A DNA stretch of 32,709 nt from a virus: positions 1 to 32,709 of IMG/VR virus record IMGVR_UViG_3300045988_092706. One strand, written 5' to 3'. The notes under the pieces were generated by a model, which did no database searches, had not been told where the DNA came from, and was given only the letters and a program-made list of their open reading frames with translations. Below are positions 7,533-16,624 of this stretch, in pieces. The position numbers and the translations under genes are program-made. Numbering within the stretch: position 1 is the stretch's first letter; each line of letters opens with the position of its first letter.

Positions 7533-9179
7533 GTGAAGTCCGCGGAATACTGGCAACAGCGCACCGAAAGACGCGGCGCAGACATAAGCCGACACATTGA
7601 CCGCCAGTCGGTGAACGTTGCAAAAATCTACTCAGACGCGGCGAAGATTGTCCAGCGCGACATCGAGCGAACCTATCAGAAATACAGCGACAAGACAGGA
7701 ATAGATGTCGGACAGCTTAAGGAGTTGCTCAGCCGAGGCGAAACCGACCGCTTCTGGAAAACCGCCGAGGGCAGGCTAAGCCGCCAGTACATCAAGGAAA
7801 ACTACAAGGCACGCATAACGCGCCTCGAGGAGTTTAAGCACAACCTCTACGCGGAGGCTATGACAATCACGAAGCCACGCATAGAACTCTCGACGAAAGC
7901 GCACGCCGAAACAATCAAGCGGAGCTACCTGAAAACCGCCTACGACATCGAGCAGACGACAGGACGCCGCGCACAATTCACGCAAATAAACACCAGGCGA
8001 CTAAACCGTATGCTAGGCGAGCAATGGAACGGCGCGAACTACAGCCAGAATATCTGGAGCAGTACAAACAGATTAGCTCAAGACTTGAGCCAGCGCACAG
8101 CCGCAGGACTACTGGCGGGCAAATCGCCGCAATATCTCGCCCGAGAAGTGCGCCAGCGCTTCGACGTGGGCGCCTACGAGGCAATGAGGCTTATACGCAC
8201 AGAAACGACCTACTTTGAGAACGAAGCCGAAGCCAGGCTATACGAGGAGCTAGGAATAACCGAGTACGTCTTTATGGCGACCTTGGACACGCGCACCAGC
8301 GAAATATGTGGCTCACTGGACGACAAGCGCTTCAAGCTATCGGAGCGCGAGGTAGGCGTAAACTGCCCGCCAATGCACCCGAATTGCCGCTCAAAGATTA
8401 GAGCTTACCTGGGCGACGACGCAGAGCCAAGCCTGAGGCGCTCACGGCTGGAAGACCGCGAAGACCTAGACACAGCACCGAGCGAGGTGCAGAAGTATAG
8501 GAGCTTCGACGATTGGCAGAGCGGACGAGGCGAGGAAACACTAAGCGCGAAACCAACAGCACCACCAATCGCCTACGCAATGCAGGACGTCATCGGAACG
8601 CAGGGCGAGCCAATGGAGCCAGAGGACGCAATCAAGGCAAACCCACGCTACGACGAGGGCGGAGGCTACAAGAGCAACTGCCAGAGGTGCGTCCCCGCAT
8701 ACGAATTAAGACGCCGCGGTTATGATGTGGAAGCTTTACCAAACACCCCGAAACTCAGGCGCGAGTTTAGCGGAACCATACGCGAAATGGAGTGGCTCTG
8801 GAAGAAGGAGGTCGACTTTTTGGGCTGGAAGAAAATCGACGGCAGACTATACAAGTCGGAGTATCCTGAAATGGTAAGCCACACGAAAGAATTGCCAGTA
8901 GGCGCAAGGCTCCAGGTGTTCTTCTACGCCCGCAACGGACGCTCAGGACATACGCTAATAGCCGAGCGCGTGAAATCCACCGCAGGCAATCCAGACGGGC
9001 TGCGTTTTATCGACCCGCAGAACGGCGAAAGCTTCGACACTCCGCCATATAAAAATAAAATGACCAGGTGGGGCTTTATGCGCATAGACAACGCCAAAAT
9101 TGACACGGAAATGCTTCCGTATATCGTGAGAAAATCAGGCAAAGCACAACCGAAACCGAAGAAAGGAGCGAAGAGATGA
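7533..9179 (+). CDS. minor head protein (Mu F / SPP1 gp7 family) with an extra C-terminal domain of about 260 aa, 548 aa
   Basis: GTG start after GAGGAG. MuF signature LDTRTSEICGSLDDKRF...NCPPMHPNCRS. The C-terminal region contains YKSNCQRCVPAYELRRRGYD, GHTL and FIDPQNG (Cys/His/Asp candidates). Confidence 0.7.
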   Translation: MKSAEYWQQRTERRGADISRHIDRQSVNVAKIYSDAAKIVQRDIERTYQKYSDKTGIDVGQLKELLSRGETDRFWKTAEGRLSRQYIKENYKARITRLEEFKHNLYAEAMTITKPRIELSTKAHAETIKRSYLKTAYDIEQTTGRRAQFTQINTRRLNRMLGEQWNGANYSQNIWSSTNRLAQDLSQRTAAGLLAGKSPQYLAREVRQRFDVGAYEAMRLIRTETTYFENEAEARLYEELGITEYVFMATLDTRTSEICGSLDDKRFKLSEREVGVNCPPMHPNCRSKIRAYLGDDAEPSLRRSRLEDREDLDTAPSEVQKYRSFDDWQSGRGEETLSAKPTAPPIAYAMQDVIGTQGEPMEPEDAIKANPRYDEGGGYKSNCQRCVPAYELRRRGYDVEALPNTPKLRREFSGTIREMEWLWKKEVDFLGWKKIDGRLYKSEYPEMVSHTKELPVGARLQVFFYARNGRSGHTLIAERVKSTAGNPDGLRFIDPQNGESFDTPPYKNKMTRWGFMRIDNAKIDTEMLPYIVRKSGKAQPKPKKGAKR

Positions 9180-9430
9180 GCATAACAGCAAGCAGAGCTG
9201 AGCTACTAGTAGGCAAGGGCTACGAAAACGTGGGCGAGATGAAGGGTTACATAATTTACGCGCCGAAAGACGAGGAAACGAAGCTCAAACGCCCACATTA
9301 TCTGGTGGTCGACAAGAACACAGGACGCCTGAGGAATATTTGCTTCGAGCAATTCAGCGACGACGAGGAACTGAACGCGCCGTTTCTGAAAATCGACGCA
9401 GAAGTAAAAGCATATGAGAGTTTATTCTAA
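9176..9430 (+). CDS. hypothetical protein, 84 aa
   Basis: ATGA overlap with the upstream gene (translational coupling). Confidence 0.45.
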   Translation: MSITASRAELLVGKGYENVGEMKGYIIYAPKDEETKLKRPHYLVVDKNTGRLRNICFEQFSDDEELNAPFLKIDAEVKAYESLF

Positions 9431-9434
9431 AATA

Positions 9435-9443
9435 TGTTACAAT
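9435..9443 (+). promoter_or_regulatory. possible extended -10 promoter TGTTACAAT upstream of the scaffold/capsid genes
   Basis: TGnTACAAT in the intergenic region 9431-9539. Confidence 0.3.
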
Positions 9444-9539
9444 TTAAGCAAGCAGGACTAAAGCCGAGCTTGTTCGACGGAACTGAAACGGCAACCTTTA
9501 AGAAAAGCTGACGAGCTTAAAACGGAAAAGGAGATTAAG

Positions 9540-10055
9540 GTGAAAAACGACAACGCCGAAAACAACGAAGCGCAAGCAGTAGACAACGCCACGCAGGAGG
9601 AGAAGCAGACAGAAGACCGCCTGTTTACACAAGAGGACGTAAACAGAACGGTAGAGAGTCGCTTAGTCCGAGAGCGCAAGAAGTACGACAAGGAACTCGA
9701 CCGACGCATAGCCGAGTACGACCGCCAAGCAAAGCTTAGCGAAGAGGAGCGCGAAGCCGAGCGACGTGCACAATCGGAACGCGAGCTAGCAGAGAAAGAG
9801 CGACAAATCACGCTGAGAGAAAACCTCTTTAACGCGAAGAACGTGCTGATTGAAAAAGGTATATCCCACGAGCTGGCTGAATTGGTAGTAGACGCAGACG
9901 TTGAAAAGCAGGAGCAGAATATCGCGACTTTGGAAAAGCAGTTTGGAAAAGCTGTCGAAGCCGCAGTAGCAGAGCGACTGAAAGGAAGCACACCGAAAGC
10001 TCCACAGGAAAGCGCCTCGAGCGCTCAAAAATACGGTGAAGTAACCGTCATCTAA
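9540..10055 (+). CDS. scaffolding protein, 171 aa
   Basis: Highly charged, coiled-coil-type composition (ERRAQSERELAEKERQITLREN). Located immediately upstream of the major capsid gene. Confidence 0.6.
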   Translation: MKNDNAENNEAQAVDNATQEEKQTEDRLFTQEDVNRTVESRLVRERKKYDKELDRRIAEYDRQAKLSEEEREAERRAQSERELAEKERQITLRENLFNAKNVLIEKGISHELAELVVDADVEKQEQNIATLEKQFGKAVEAAVAERLKGSTPKAPQESASSAQKYGEVTVI

Positions 10056-10074
10056 ACAATTAGGAGATTATAAA

Positions 10075-10902
10075 ATGGCACAGGACGCTAAAAGCATTTT
10101 GAGCAACACAGACAAAGATAAATTGGCTGTGAGCTACGGCTACGTTATCGAGTCAATCCAGAAAGGCTCACTAGCTGCACGTTTTAAGAACAAGGACTTG
10201 TCAGGCGACCCAACAACAGGAAGCGTCGAAGCAAACCGCTTTGTAAACGCGAAGGGTAAAGACTACGGCACAGCTCGAACAGCAGCCAAGGGCGACGCAT
10301 TAAACAACAAGGGCAAGGTCTTCGTCCAAATCGACACAGACCGCGAAATTGTCGAGGAAATCGCACAGAAGGACGTGAAGCTACGCGGTATCCCTGGCAT
10401 TATCGACAGCCGCAAGAAGAACCACGCGCAGACTGTTATCTCAGAAACTGACGCTAAGTTCTTCAGCGTTGCCGAAGCGGAAGGCTCAGAAGTAGTCGTA
10501 ACCGCAGAGCCAACAATTCAAGACAAGGTAGAGGCTCTTATCCAAGCAATCGAAACGACCAAGAACGATTATGTCGACGGCGTTGACCGCGAGATGATTA
10601 AATTGTCTTTGACACCAAAAGCTTACGGTAAACTACGCAACTACCTAGACACTGTAAAAATCGGTGTAACCACAGACGTAGAGGAAATCCAAATGTTCCA
10701 CGGCGTAGAAGTAGTAAGCAACGTACGCCAGACCAAGGACGCAATCGCTTTCGTAGACGGCGCAATTGCACAGCCACTGATTGTCGCACAATACGACGCA
10801 GAGAAGCTACCTTTGTCAAACGACTACGCTGCCGAAATGTTCTACAACTACGGCACCAAGGCAGTAACACCTGACTTGATTAAGTTCGCAACAGTAGCGT
10901 AA
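10075..10902 (+). CDS. major capsid protein, 275 aa
   Basis: Strong RBS AGGAG. Position after the scaffold. Size typical of small HK97-fold capsid proteins of TP901-like phages. Followed by a stabilising hairpin. Confidence 0.6.
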   Translation: MAQDAKSILSNTDKDKLAVSYGYVIESIQKGSLAARFKNKDLSGDPTTGSVEANRFVNAKGKDYGTARTAAKGDALNNKGKVFVQIDTDREIVEEIAQKDVKLRGIPGIIDSRKKNHAQTVISETDAKFFSVAEAEGSEVVVTAEPTIQDKVEALIQAIETTKNDYVDGVDREMIKLSLTPKAYGKLRNYLDTVKIGVTTDVEEIQMFHGVEVVSNVRQTKDAIAFVDGAIAQPLIVAQYDAEKLPLSNDYAAEMFYNYGTKAVTPDLIKFATVA

Positions 10903-10916
10903 TAAATCAAATCAAA

Positions 10917-10946
10917 GGCAGAGGCGGGGGCAACCCCGCCAACGCC
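10917..10946 (+). other. GC-rich stem-loop downstream of the capsid gene (GGCGGGG GCAA CCCCGCC)
   Basis: 7-bp perfect stem with a GCAA loop and no U-tract. Confidence 0.4.
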
Positions 10947-10960
10947 ACAAGGAGAACAAA

Positions 10961-11119
10961 GTGAGAACTTTCGAAAATGTAACAACAGGCACACTCGAGC
11001 GAGTAACCAACGAGGCAGTCATCGAGATGATGATTAACTCCGAACACTACGTCGAAGTTACCGAAGAGGCGGCACCAGAGCAAAAAAAGGCTAAGGCAGA
11101 AGCGCCAAAAGAAGACTAA
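10961..11119 (+). CDS. small acidic protein, 52 aa (below the ORF-track cutoff)
   Basis: GTG 10961 after AAGGAGAAC. Sequence VRTFENVTTGTLERVTNEAVIEMMINSEHYVEVTEEAAPEQKKAKAEAPKED. Followed by hairpin AGGCGC..GCGCCT at 11127-11145. Confidence 0.4.
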   Translation: MRTFENVTTGTLERVTNEAVIEMMINSEHYVEVTEEAAPEQKKAKAEAPKED

Positions 11120-11163
11120 GAACGAGGCGCTACACGGCGCCTTATTCAGGTATAAGGAGGAAC

Positions 11164-11550
11164 GTGAACAAGGAGCAGAAAGAGCGAATAAAGCTACATA
11201 TACAAAGCCTACGCTCGAACGAACAACAACACGACGAAGCACTCGAAGACTTCGTTATTGAAGAAATCGCCGACCGCGTCAAATTATACCTGAACGCCGA
11301 CGAAATCGAACCGCGACTCGAAAGGATTGTAGCGCGAATTGTCGTAGCCAGCTTGACGCAAGCAAGCGAACAAAAAGCGAACGGCAACATTGAGCAAGCA
11401 GTCCAGAGTATCAGCGACAACGGTCAGTCAATCTCATACAAAGACGGTGTAAAGAACTACTACGCAAGCGCCACAGATAGCGAGCTACTGGGCGGCTTTG
11501 CAGAGCTACTGGCACCATACAGGAGGGCGAACGTTGCGGGGGCTAGATAA
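11164..11550 (+). CDS. head-tail connector (gp6-like / SPP1 gp15-like), 128 aa
   Basis: GTG start after AAGGAGG. Pattern KERIKLHIQSLRSNEQQHDEALEDFVIEEIADRVKLYL, typical of the Phage_connect_1 family. Confidence 0.55.
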   Translation: MNKEQKERIKLHIQSLRSNEQQHDEALEDFVIEEIADRVKLYLNADEIEPRLERIVARIVVASLTQASEQKANGNIEQAVQSISDNGQSISYKDGVKNYYASATDSELLGGFAELLAPYRRANVAGAR

Positions 11551-11551
11551 T

Positions 11552-11875
11552 ATGAAGACCGCGGTGGCGCGGACGTTTTACGACAAGGAAGCCGAGCTGC
11601 TGAAACGACAGACCGCGAAGGCTTTCGACGGAAGCAACCGCACGACATACGTAACGGTCGGCAAAATCGTCGGCAATATTCAGACATCAGTGAGCCGTCG
11701 GCTTATTGAGAATTACGGCTTGGACGAAGACACGGAGCTGACTATCACAATAGCTCCATTATCGCCCGCAGAGATAGGCGATAGGCTAAAATACGCGGGA
11801 AAAGTTTATGTCGTACAATCGATAAAGCCGCGGGACAGCCACGTGCTGATAGCCGCAACGAGCGTAAAGCTATGA
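11552..11875 (+). CDS. head closure / head-tail adaptor protein, about 107 aa (alternative TTG start at 11534 after AGGAGGG)
   Basis: Position and size. The ORF-track start at 11498 would overlap the upstream gene by 53 nt. Confidence 0.45.
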   Translation: MKTAVARTFYDKEAELLKRQTAKAFDGSNRTTYVTVGKIVGNIQTSVSRRLIENYGLDEDTELTITIAPLSPAEIGDRLKYAGKVYVVQSIKPRDSHVLIAATSVKL

Positions 11876-12288
11876 GCGCGTCTATATCTTTCCAAAACCT
11901 CGGGCAAATCCAGGCTCGCTACAGCAAGCTAGAGAAAGCCAAAGGCGTGGCGGAAGCAGTGAACAGAGCCGCGCTGGAAGTTGAAGGACAAGCACGCGCA
12001 CTCGCACCCGTTGACACAGGCGCACTCGCGAATAGTATCACAATGAAGCCAGCGACCGCGAACGGCGGCGAAATCACGGCTGAGGTGTATACAGACAAAG
12101 AATACGCGGCGTTTGTTGAATACGGGACAGGTCAGCGCGGAGCCGCAACAGCGCAGAGCCAACCACTGAACGGCTCAATTGCATACGGCGACACCGCAGG
12201 ACAGGTAGCCCAACCGTATATGAAGCCAGCACTCGAACAAGTGCGCAAGCGTTACGCCTCAATAATGAGGTCAGAGATTAAGAACTAA
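11872..12288 (+). CDS. HK97 gp10-family tail component, 138 aa
   Basis: ATGA overlap with the upstream gene. Motif ALAPVDTGALANSI matches the conserved aP.dTG.LrnSi motif of the HK97 gp10 family. Confidence 0.6.
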   Translation: MSASISFQNLGQIQARYSKLEKAKGVAEAVNRAALEVEGQARALAPVDTGALANSITMKPATANGGEITAEVYTDKEYAAFVEYGTGQRGAATAQSQPLNGSIAYGDTAGQVAQPYMKPALEQVRKRYASIMRSEIKN

Positions 12289-12299
12289 GGAGAAGCAAA

Positions 12300-12644
12300 G
12301 TGTCAGTATCGCGAAAGTACATCTATGATATGCTCTGCTCGGTAGACCCAGAAGCGGACGTCATACAAGGAGCAACGGCTCAATTAACGAAACTGCCAGC
12401 AATCACCTTCTCATTAGCAGGCAATCAAACAAAGTACACGCTTGACAGCGAATACATCGGCTCAATGACGGTATATAAAATCGACATCTGGACGAGGGAC
12501 GCCACTCAAGCCGAGCAACTTCTCCAGCGCACGAGCGACATACTCTGCGCCGAGGGCTGGGCAATGGACAGCGCGAGCGATATGCCTACAGCGCAAGACG
12601 ACCTCGTGCATATCACATCACGCTTCCACGGCGTGATATGCTAA
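12300..12644 (+). CDS. tail terminator / tail completion-like protein, 114 aa
   Basis: GTG after AAGGAGAAG. Position between the gp10-like gene and the major tail gene. Confidence 0.4.
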   Translation: MSVSRKYIYDMLCSVDPEADVIQGATAQLTKLPAITFSLAGNQTKYTLDSEYIGSMTVYKIDIWTRDATQAEQLLQRTSDILCAEGWAMDSASDMPTAQDDLVHITSRFHGVIC

Positions 12645-12677
12645 AATAAAAGCGTAAAGCAAGAAAGGAGTACCACT

Positions 12678-13121
12678 ATGGCAGGTACACGAACAATGGG
12701 AACTCGACTCGAAAAAGTCAAGGCGAAAGACGAAACCGCAAACCTAGTTATTGGTAAATTGACCTCAATCGGCGAAATCGGCGTAGAGAGCGATGAGCAA
12801 GACACAACGACCCTGGACACAGAGGGCGGCTACAAGGAGTTTATCGCAACCACCAAGGACGCAGGCGAGGTAGCAATCGCTGGTAACATCGTCAAAGCCG
12901 ACGAGAAAGGCACTATAGCTAAATTGCTAGCATTAGCCGAGAACCAAACTATGCAAGAATGGATTGTAACATATCCGTCAGGCGCAAAGTGGCAATTCAA
13001 GGGCTTTATCAAGTCTTTCAAGGACGGCGAAAAGACCGTCGACGGCTTGGCTACTTTCTCCGCAACAATCCGCGTGAGCGGCAAGCCAACCTTCACTCCA
13101 ACAGAGCCAGACACTCTTTAA
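12678..13121 (+). CDS. major tail protein, 147 aa
   Basis: Strong RBS AAGGAG. Position immediately upstream of the G/GT chaperone pair and the tape measure. Confidence 0.5.
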   Translation: MAGTRTMGTRLEKVKAKDETANLVIGKLTSIGEIGVESDEQDTTTLDTEGGYKEFIATTKDAGEVAIAGNIVKADEKGTIAKLLALAENQTMQEWIVTYPSGAKWQFKGFIKSFKDGEKTVDGLATFSATIRVSGKPTFTPTEPDTL

Positions 13122-13190
13122 GGAGAACAAAAAGCGAACGGGTGGCGCTATATCCGCCCGACCACAGCAACATAAACGAGGTACGAAATA

Positions 13191-13547
13191 ATGGCAGAAG
13201 TCGAAAAGCTAAATCTAAAGTTTAACGCACGAATAGTCGACAGTATCGAAAGAGCCGTCGGCAATGTTTCTATCGAACATATCGCCGCAGACGGAAGCGT
13301 GCGCGCTTTATCAAAGATATTAGAACACGCACTCTGGGACGAGAACGCCCAGCGATACGGCGTTAGCTCAAAAGTAGCCCTGGACACGCTGGACGCACAG
13401 TTTGAAGCAGGACGCGACAAGTACGATATTATGTTAGACGTAACAGAGGCGCTAGTGGAGGCAGGTTTTTTACCGCAGAACACGAACGTCGAGGCGATGA
13501 GGCGCAACAAAGCCGAAGTGAACGAGGCTCTGGCGGACATAAGCTAG
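13191..13547 (+). CDS. tail assembly chaperone (gpG-like), 118 aa
   Basis: Position between the major tail and tape-measure genes. Contains the slippery heptamer at 13466-13472. Confidence 0.6.
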   Translation: MAEVEKLNLKFNARIVDSIERAVGNVSIEHIAADGSVRALSKILEHALWDENAQRYGVSSKVALDTLDAQFEAGRDKYDIMLDVTEALVEAGFLPQNTNVEAMRRNKAEVNEALADIS

Positions 13548-13897
13548 AACGCAGAGTATCGCAGGCGCTAGGTTTATCCACATACGGCGCGCAATGGCGC
13601 CACCACGAAATCACAGCGCTAGAAATAGGCTTAGACCTGAATTACTACTGGGAATTAACGCCGAAGCAATTCCAGAAGCACGTAACGGCGTACTACACCA
13701 GAGAAAAAGAGAACGAAAAGCGAACAGACCAGCTGAACTACCTCCTCGGCGTTTACGTCGGCTCAGCTGTGAACAACGGAAAGCACTATCCAAAAGAACC
13801 TTTCCTATCGCAAAAGAAGCGGCGCGCAATGACTCCCGAAGAAATGGAGGAGCAGGCAATCCGCAACACGATAAAACTAGGAGGTAACCTAAAATGA
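13191..13897 (+). CDS. tail assembly chaperone GT fusion produced by a -1 programmed frameshift at 13466-13472 (13191..13472 joined to 13472..13897; about 235 aa)
   Basis: Zero-frame GGT TTT TTA gives heptamer T TTT TTA. The -1 frame is open from 13406 to TGA 13895-13897 and encodes a plausible protein (...LGLSTYGAQWRHHEITALEIGLDLNYYWELTPKQFQKHVTAYYTREKENEKRTDQLNYLLGVYVGSAVNNGKHYPKEPFLSQKKRRAMTPEEMEEQAIRNTIKLGGNLK). Its stop overlaps the tape-measure ATG. Confidence 0.6.
13466..13472 (+). other. -1 ribosomal frameshift slippery heptamer U_UUU_UUA
   Basis: Six T then A, in the X XXY YYZ register of the G frame. Confidence 0.55.
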
Positions 13898-16620
13898 CAG
13901 TCGACGAGCTAAAGCTGCTTATAACCGCGAACGCTGACCAGATGAGAAAAGAAATCGGTCGCGCCCGCGCAGATATTGACGCAATCGCTTCGAACGCGAC
14001 AAAAGCCTCGTCGACCGTTTCGGGTTCTTTCCGCGGAATGGGCGCAGGAGCCGTCGCAATGGGTGGATTAGTAGCCGCTGGTATATCGAAAGCCATAGGC
14101 GCTATCACATCGACCTTAGGCGACGCCGTATCACGCGTTGATACGCTAAACAACTTTCCGCGAGTAATGGGCAACCTTGGAATATCAGCCGAAGACGCCC
14201 AGAAATCTATCGACTATATGAGCCAGAAGCTCGTAGGACTGCCAACAACCCTAGACACAGCCGCAAGCGCCGTGCAACGCTTGACCGCCGCGAACGGCAA
14301 CGTCAAAGCCAGCACCGAAATGTTCCTGGCAATGAATAACGCCATAATTGCAGGAGGCGCGCCAGCACAAGTGCAAGCGAGCGCAATCGAGCAATTAAGC
14401 CAGGCTTACGCAAAGGGCAAGCCTGATATGATGGAATGGCGCAATATGATGACCGCAATGCCTGCTCAGTTGAAGCAGGTGGCGCAGTATATGGGCTATG
14501 CCAGCTCGAACCAACTCGGCGAAGCCTTGCGAAGCGGAACCGTCAGTATGAACGACTTTATGAAGGCTATGATAGAGCTGAACCAAAACGGCGCAAACGG
14601 AATAAAGCCTTTCTCAGAGCAAGCCCTAGGCGCCGCGGGCGGAATTGAAACAGCTATCACGAATATGAAGACAGCCTTCACCAGGGGCTTGGCGGACATT
14701 ATGAACGCAATCGGTCAGTCGAACATCGCGGGCTTCTTCCAGATGATAACAAACGCGATTAACGCCGCAATACCGTACGTAGTAGGCTTTGTGAAGGTTA
14801 TGGTTATGGCGGTGAGCTGGATAGGCTCACTCTTCGGCGGCGGAGGCAAGAAAGCCGAAGGAATGAAGAAGGCAGTCGACAGCGTCGGCAAATCAGTCGG
14901 TAGCGTAGGCGCAGGAGCGGCAGGAGCAGGCAAACAGCTCGGCGGAGCCGCAGGGCAAGCAAAGAAGCTCAAGAAAGAGCTGGCAGGCTTGGCGGCGTTT
15001 GATGAGATGAATGTTCTGAAAGAGCCAGAAGACAACGCAGGCGGTGGCGGCGGAGGAGGCGGCGGCGGTATGGATATGAGCGGCTTAGACTTTGACCTTG
15101 GCAATATGGACAAGGGCGCAAGCAAAGCCGACGAAATCGCGCAGAAAATCAAGGACAGCTTCCTGAAGGCTTTCGAGGTTATTCAAAGCACGAAGTCGTG
15201 GCAGGCTTTCGCGAACGGCGTAGGCAAAATCTTCGACGCCTTGGCAAACAACGGCAAGCGGGTATTCTCGAGCATTAGTAACATAGTAGTAGCGCAGACA
15301 AGCGCTTGGTCGACGGTTATCGGACAGCGCGCTGGAGAAATTGACGAACACTTTGCAAATCTGCTTACATCAATGGGTACCACAATCGCGACAGAGATAA
15401 ACGTCTTGGCGGCGCCGTTTGTAGGCTTCTTCGAAGGGCTAGAGGGCGTGATAGTACCGCGAGCCGAAGAAATCGCGAATAACTTCACTACCGCATTTTT
15501 GGGCGCTATGGACATCACCGCGAAGCTGTACGAGCTGGCGAACTCTTTCTTCGAGCCGCTGGTGGAGCCATTAAGGCAAGGCTTCTCAGACATCGGCTAC
15601 TTGGCGGGTACAATCCCAGCAGACCTGCTGCAAGGATTAGCTGACGCCACGCCGCAAATCGTCGACAACCTGACGGGGCTTATGGAAAATATGAAGAGCG
15701 TCTTCACGCAGATAAGCACAATCGTAGGCACAATCTGGACAGACTTCACAGGCACACTGAAAAGCACCTGGGACACCTACGGAAAAGACATATCGAAGGG
15801 AATAGGCGAGTTCTTAGGCAATATCACGGGGACATTTAAGAGGCTCTACAGCGACGTCCTGGAGCCAATCATTAAGCCATTTTTGGACGAGTTCCAGAAG
15901 GTCTGGAAAGACCAACTACAACCCGCGCTGAAAGCCGTAACCGACTTTATCGGCAAATTGGTAGCAGGAGCGCTCGAAATCTACAACAAGTTTATAACGC
16001 CAATTGTGAACTGGATTATAAGCACATTTAAGCCCGTCTGGGTCGCCCTCGGCACGACAATCGGCGGAATAATAAACACCGCGCTAAGCACAATCGGAGG
16101 CTTCGTACGCGGAGTATTCACGGTACTCGGCGGACTGGTTGACTTCATCGCGGGCGTATTCACAGGCAACTGGAAGAAAGCCTTCGAAGGACTAAAAGGA
16201 ATTGTAGGCGGCGCGCTTGGAGCGCTTGGCGCAATCGCAAAGGCACCAATTAACGCGTTGATCGACATCATTAACGGCTTTATTGGCGGCTTGAACCAAA
16301 TCAAAATACCAGATTGGGTGCCAGGTGTCGGCGGTAAGAATATGAACATACCGAAAATCCCGAAGCTCGCCCGCGGTGGTGTGGTTGACCGCGCAACCCT
16401 GGCGGTGGTAGGAGAAGCAGGACGCGAGGCGGTTGTGCCGCTAGAAAACAACACAGGCTGGCTCGATAAAATCGCGAACCAGCTAGCCGAGAGGGGTGGC
16501 GCAGGAAGCCAGGCTCAGACTATAATAGTAAAAATTGGCGAAGACGAACTGGTGCGTCGCGTCATCGACGGAATTAACGACCAGAGCTACTTAAACAATC
16601 AAGGGGTGATATTGGTATAA
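13894..16620 (+). CDS. tail tape measure protein, 908 aa
   Basis: Size and position. Tape-measure core region (MSQKLVGLPTTLDTAASAVQRLTAANGNV...MEWRNMMTAMPAQLKQVAQYMGY). Gly-rich transmembrane-like segments. Poly-Gly run GGGGGGGGG at about 15040-15066. Confidence 0.85.
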   Translation: MTVDELKLLITANADQMRKEIGRARADIDAIASNATKASSTVSGSFRGMGAGAVAMGGLVAAGISKAIGAITSTLGDAVSRVDTLNNFPRVMGNLGISAEDAQKSIDYMSQKLVGLPTTLDTAASAVQRLTAANGNVKASTEMFLAMNNAIIAGGAPAQVQASAIEQLSQAYAKGKPDMMEWRNMMTAMPAQLKQVAQYMGYASSNQLGEALRSGTVSMNDFMKAMIELNQNGANGIKPFSEQALGAAGGIETAITNMKTAFTRGLADIMNAIGQSNIAGFFQMITNAINAAIPYVVGFVKVMVMAVSWIGSLFGGGGKKAEGMKKAVDSVGKSVGSVGAGAAGAGKQLGGAAGQAKKLKKELAGLAAFDEMNVLKEPEDNAGGGGGGGGGGMDMSGLDFDLGNMDKGASKADEIAQKIKDSFLKAFEVIQSTKSWQAFANGVGKIFDALANNGKRVFSSISNIVVAQTSAWSTVIGQRAGEIDEHFANLLTSMGTTIATEINVLAAPFVGFFEGLEGVIVPRAEEIANNFTTAFLGAMDITAKLYELANSFFEPLVEPLRQGFSDIGYLAGTIPADLLQGLADATPQIVDNLTGLMENMKSVFTQISTIVGTIWTDFTGTLKSTWDTYGKDISKGIGEFLGNITGTFKRLYSDVLEPIIKPFLDEFQKVWKDQLQPALKAVTDFIGKLVAGALEIYNKFITPIVNWIISTFKPVWVALGTTIGGIINTALSTIGGFVRGVFTVLGGLVDFIAGVFTGNWKKAFEGLKGIVGGALGALGAIAKAPINALIDIINGFIGGLNQIKIPDWVPGVGGKNMNIPKIPKLARGGVVDRATLAVVGEAGREAVVPLENNTGWLDKIANQLAERGGAGSQAQTIIVKIGEDELVRRVIDGINDQSYLNNQGVILV

Positions 16621-16624
16621 CATT

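Noticed and set aside
9458-9991. 177-aa minus-strand ORF
   Set aside because: Antisense shadow of the scaffold gene, Ser-rich low complexity.
13594-13887. 97-aa Arg-rich + strand ORF between the G chaperone gene and the tape measure
   Set aside because: Wrong frame. The -1 frame relative to gpG encodes a plausible T-domain and is reached through the T_TTT_TTA slip site.
13611-14174. 187-aa minus-strand ORF, plus the 14715..15152 minus ORF with a poly-Pro run
   Set aside because: Both are antisense shadows of the tape-measure gene; the poly-Pro is the complement of its poly-Gly codons.
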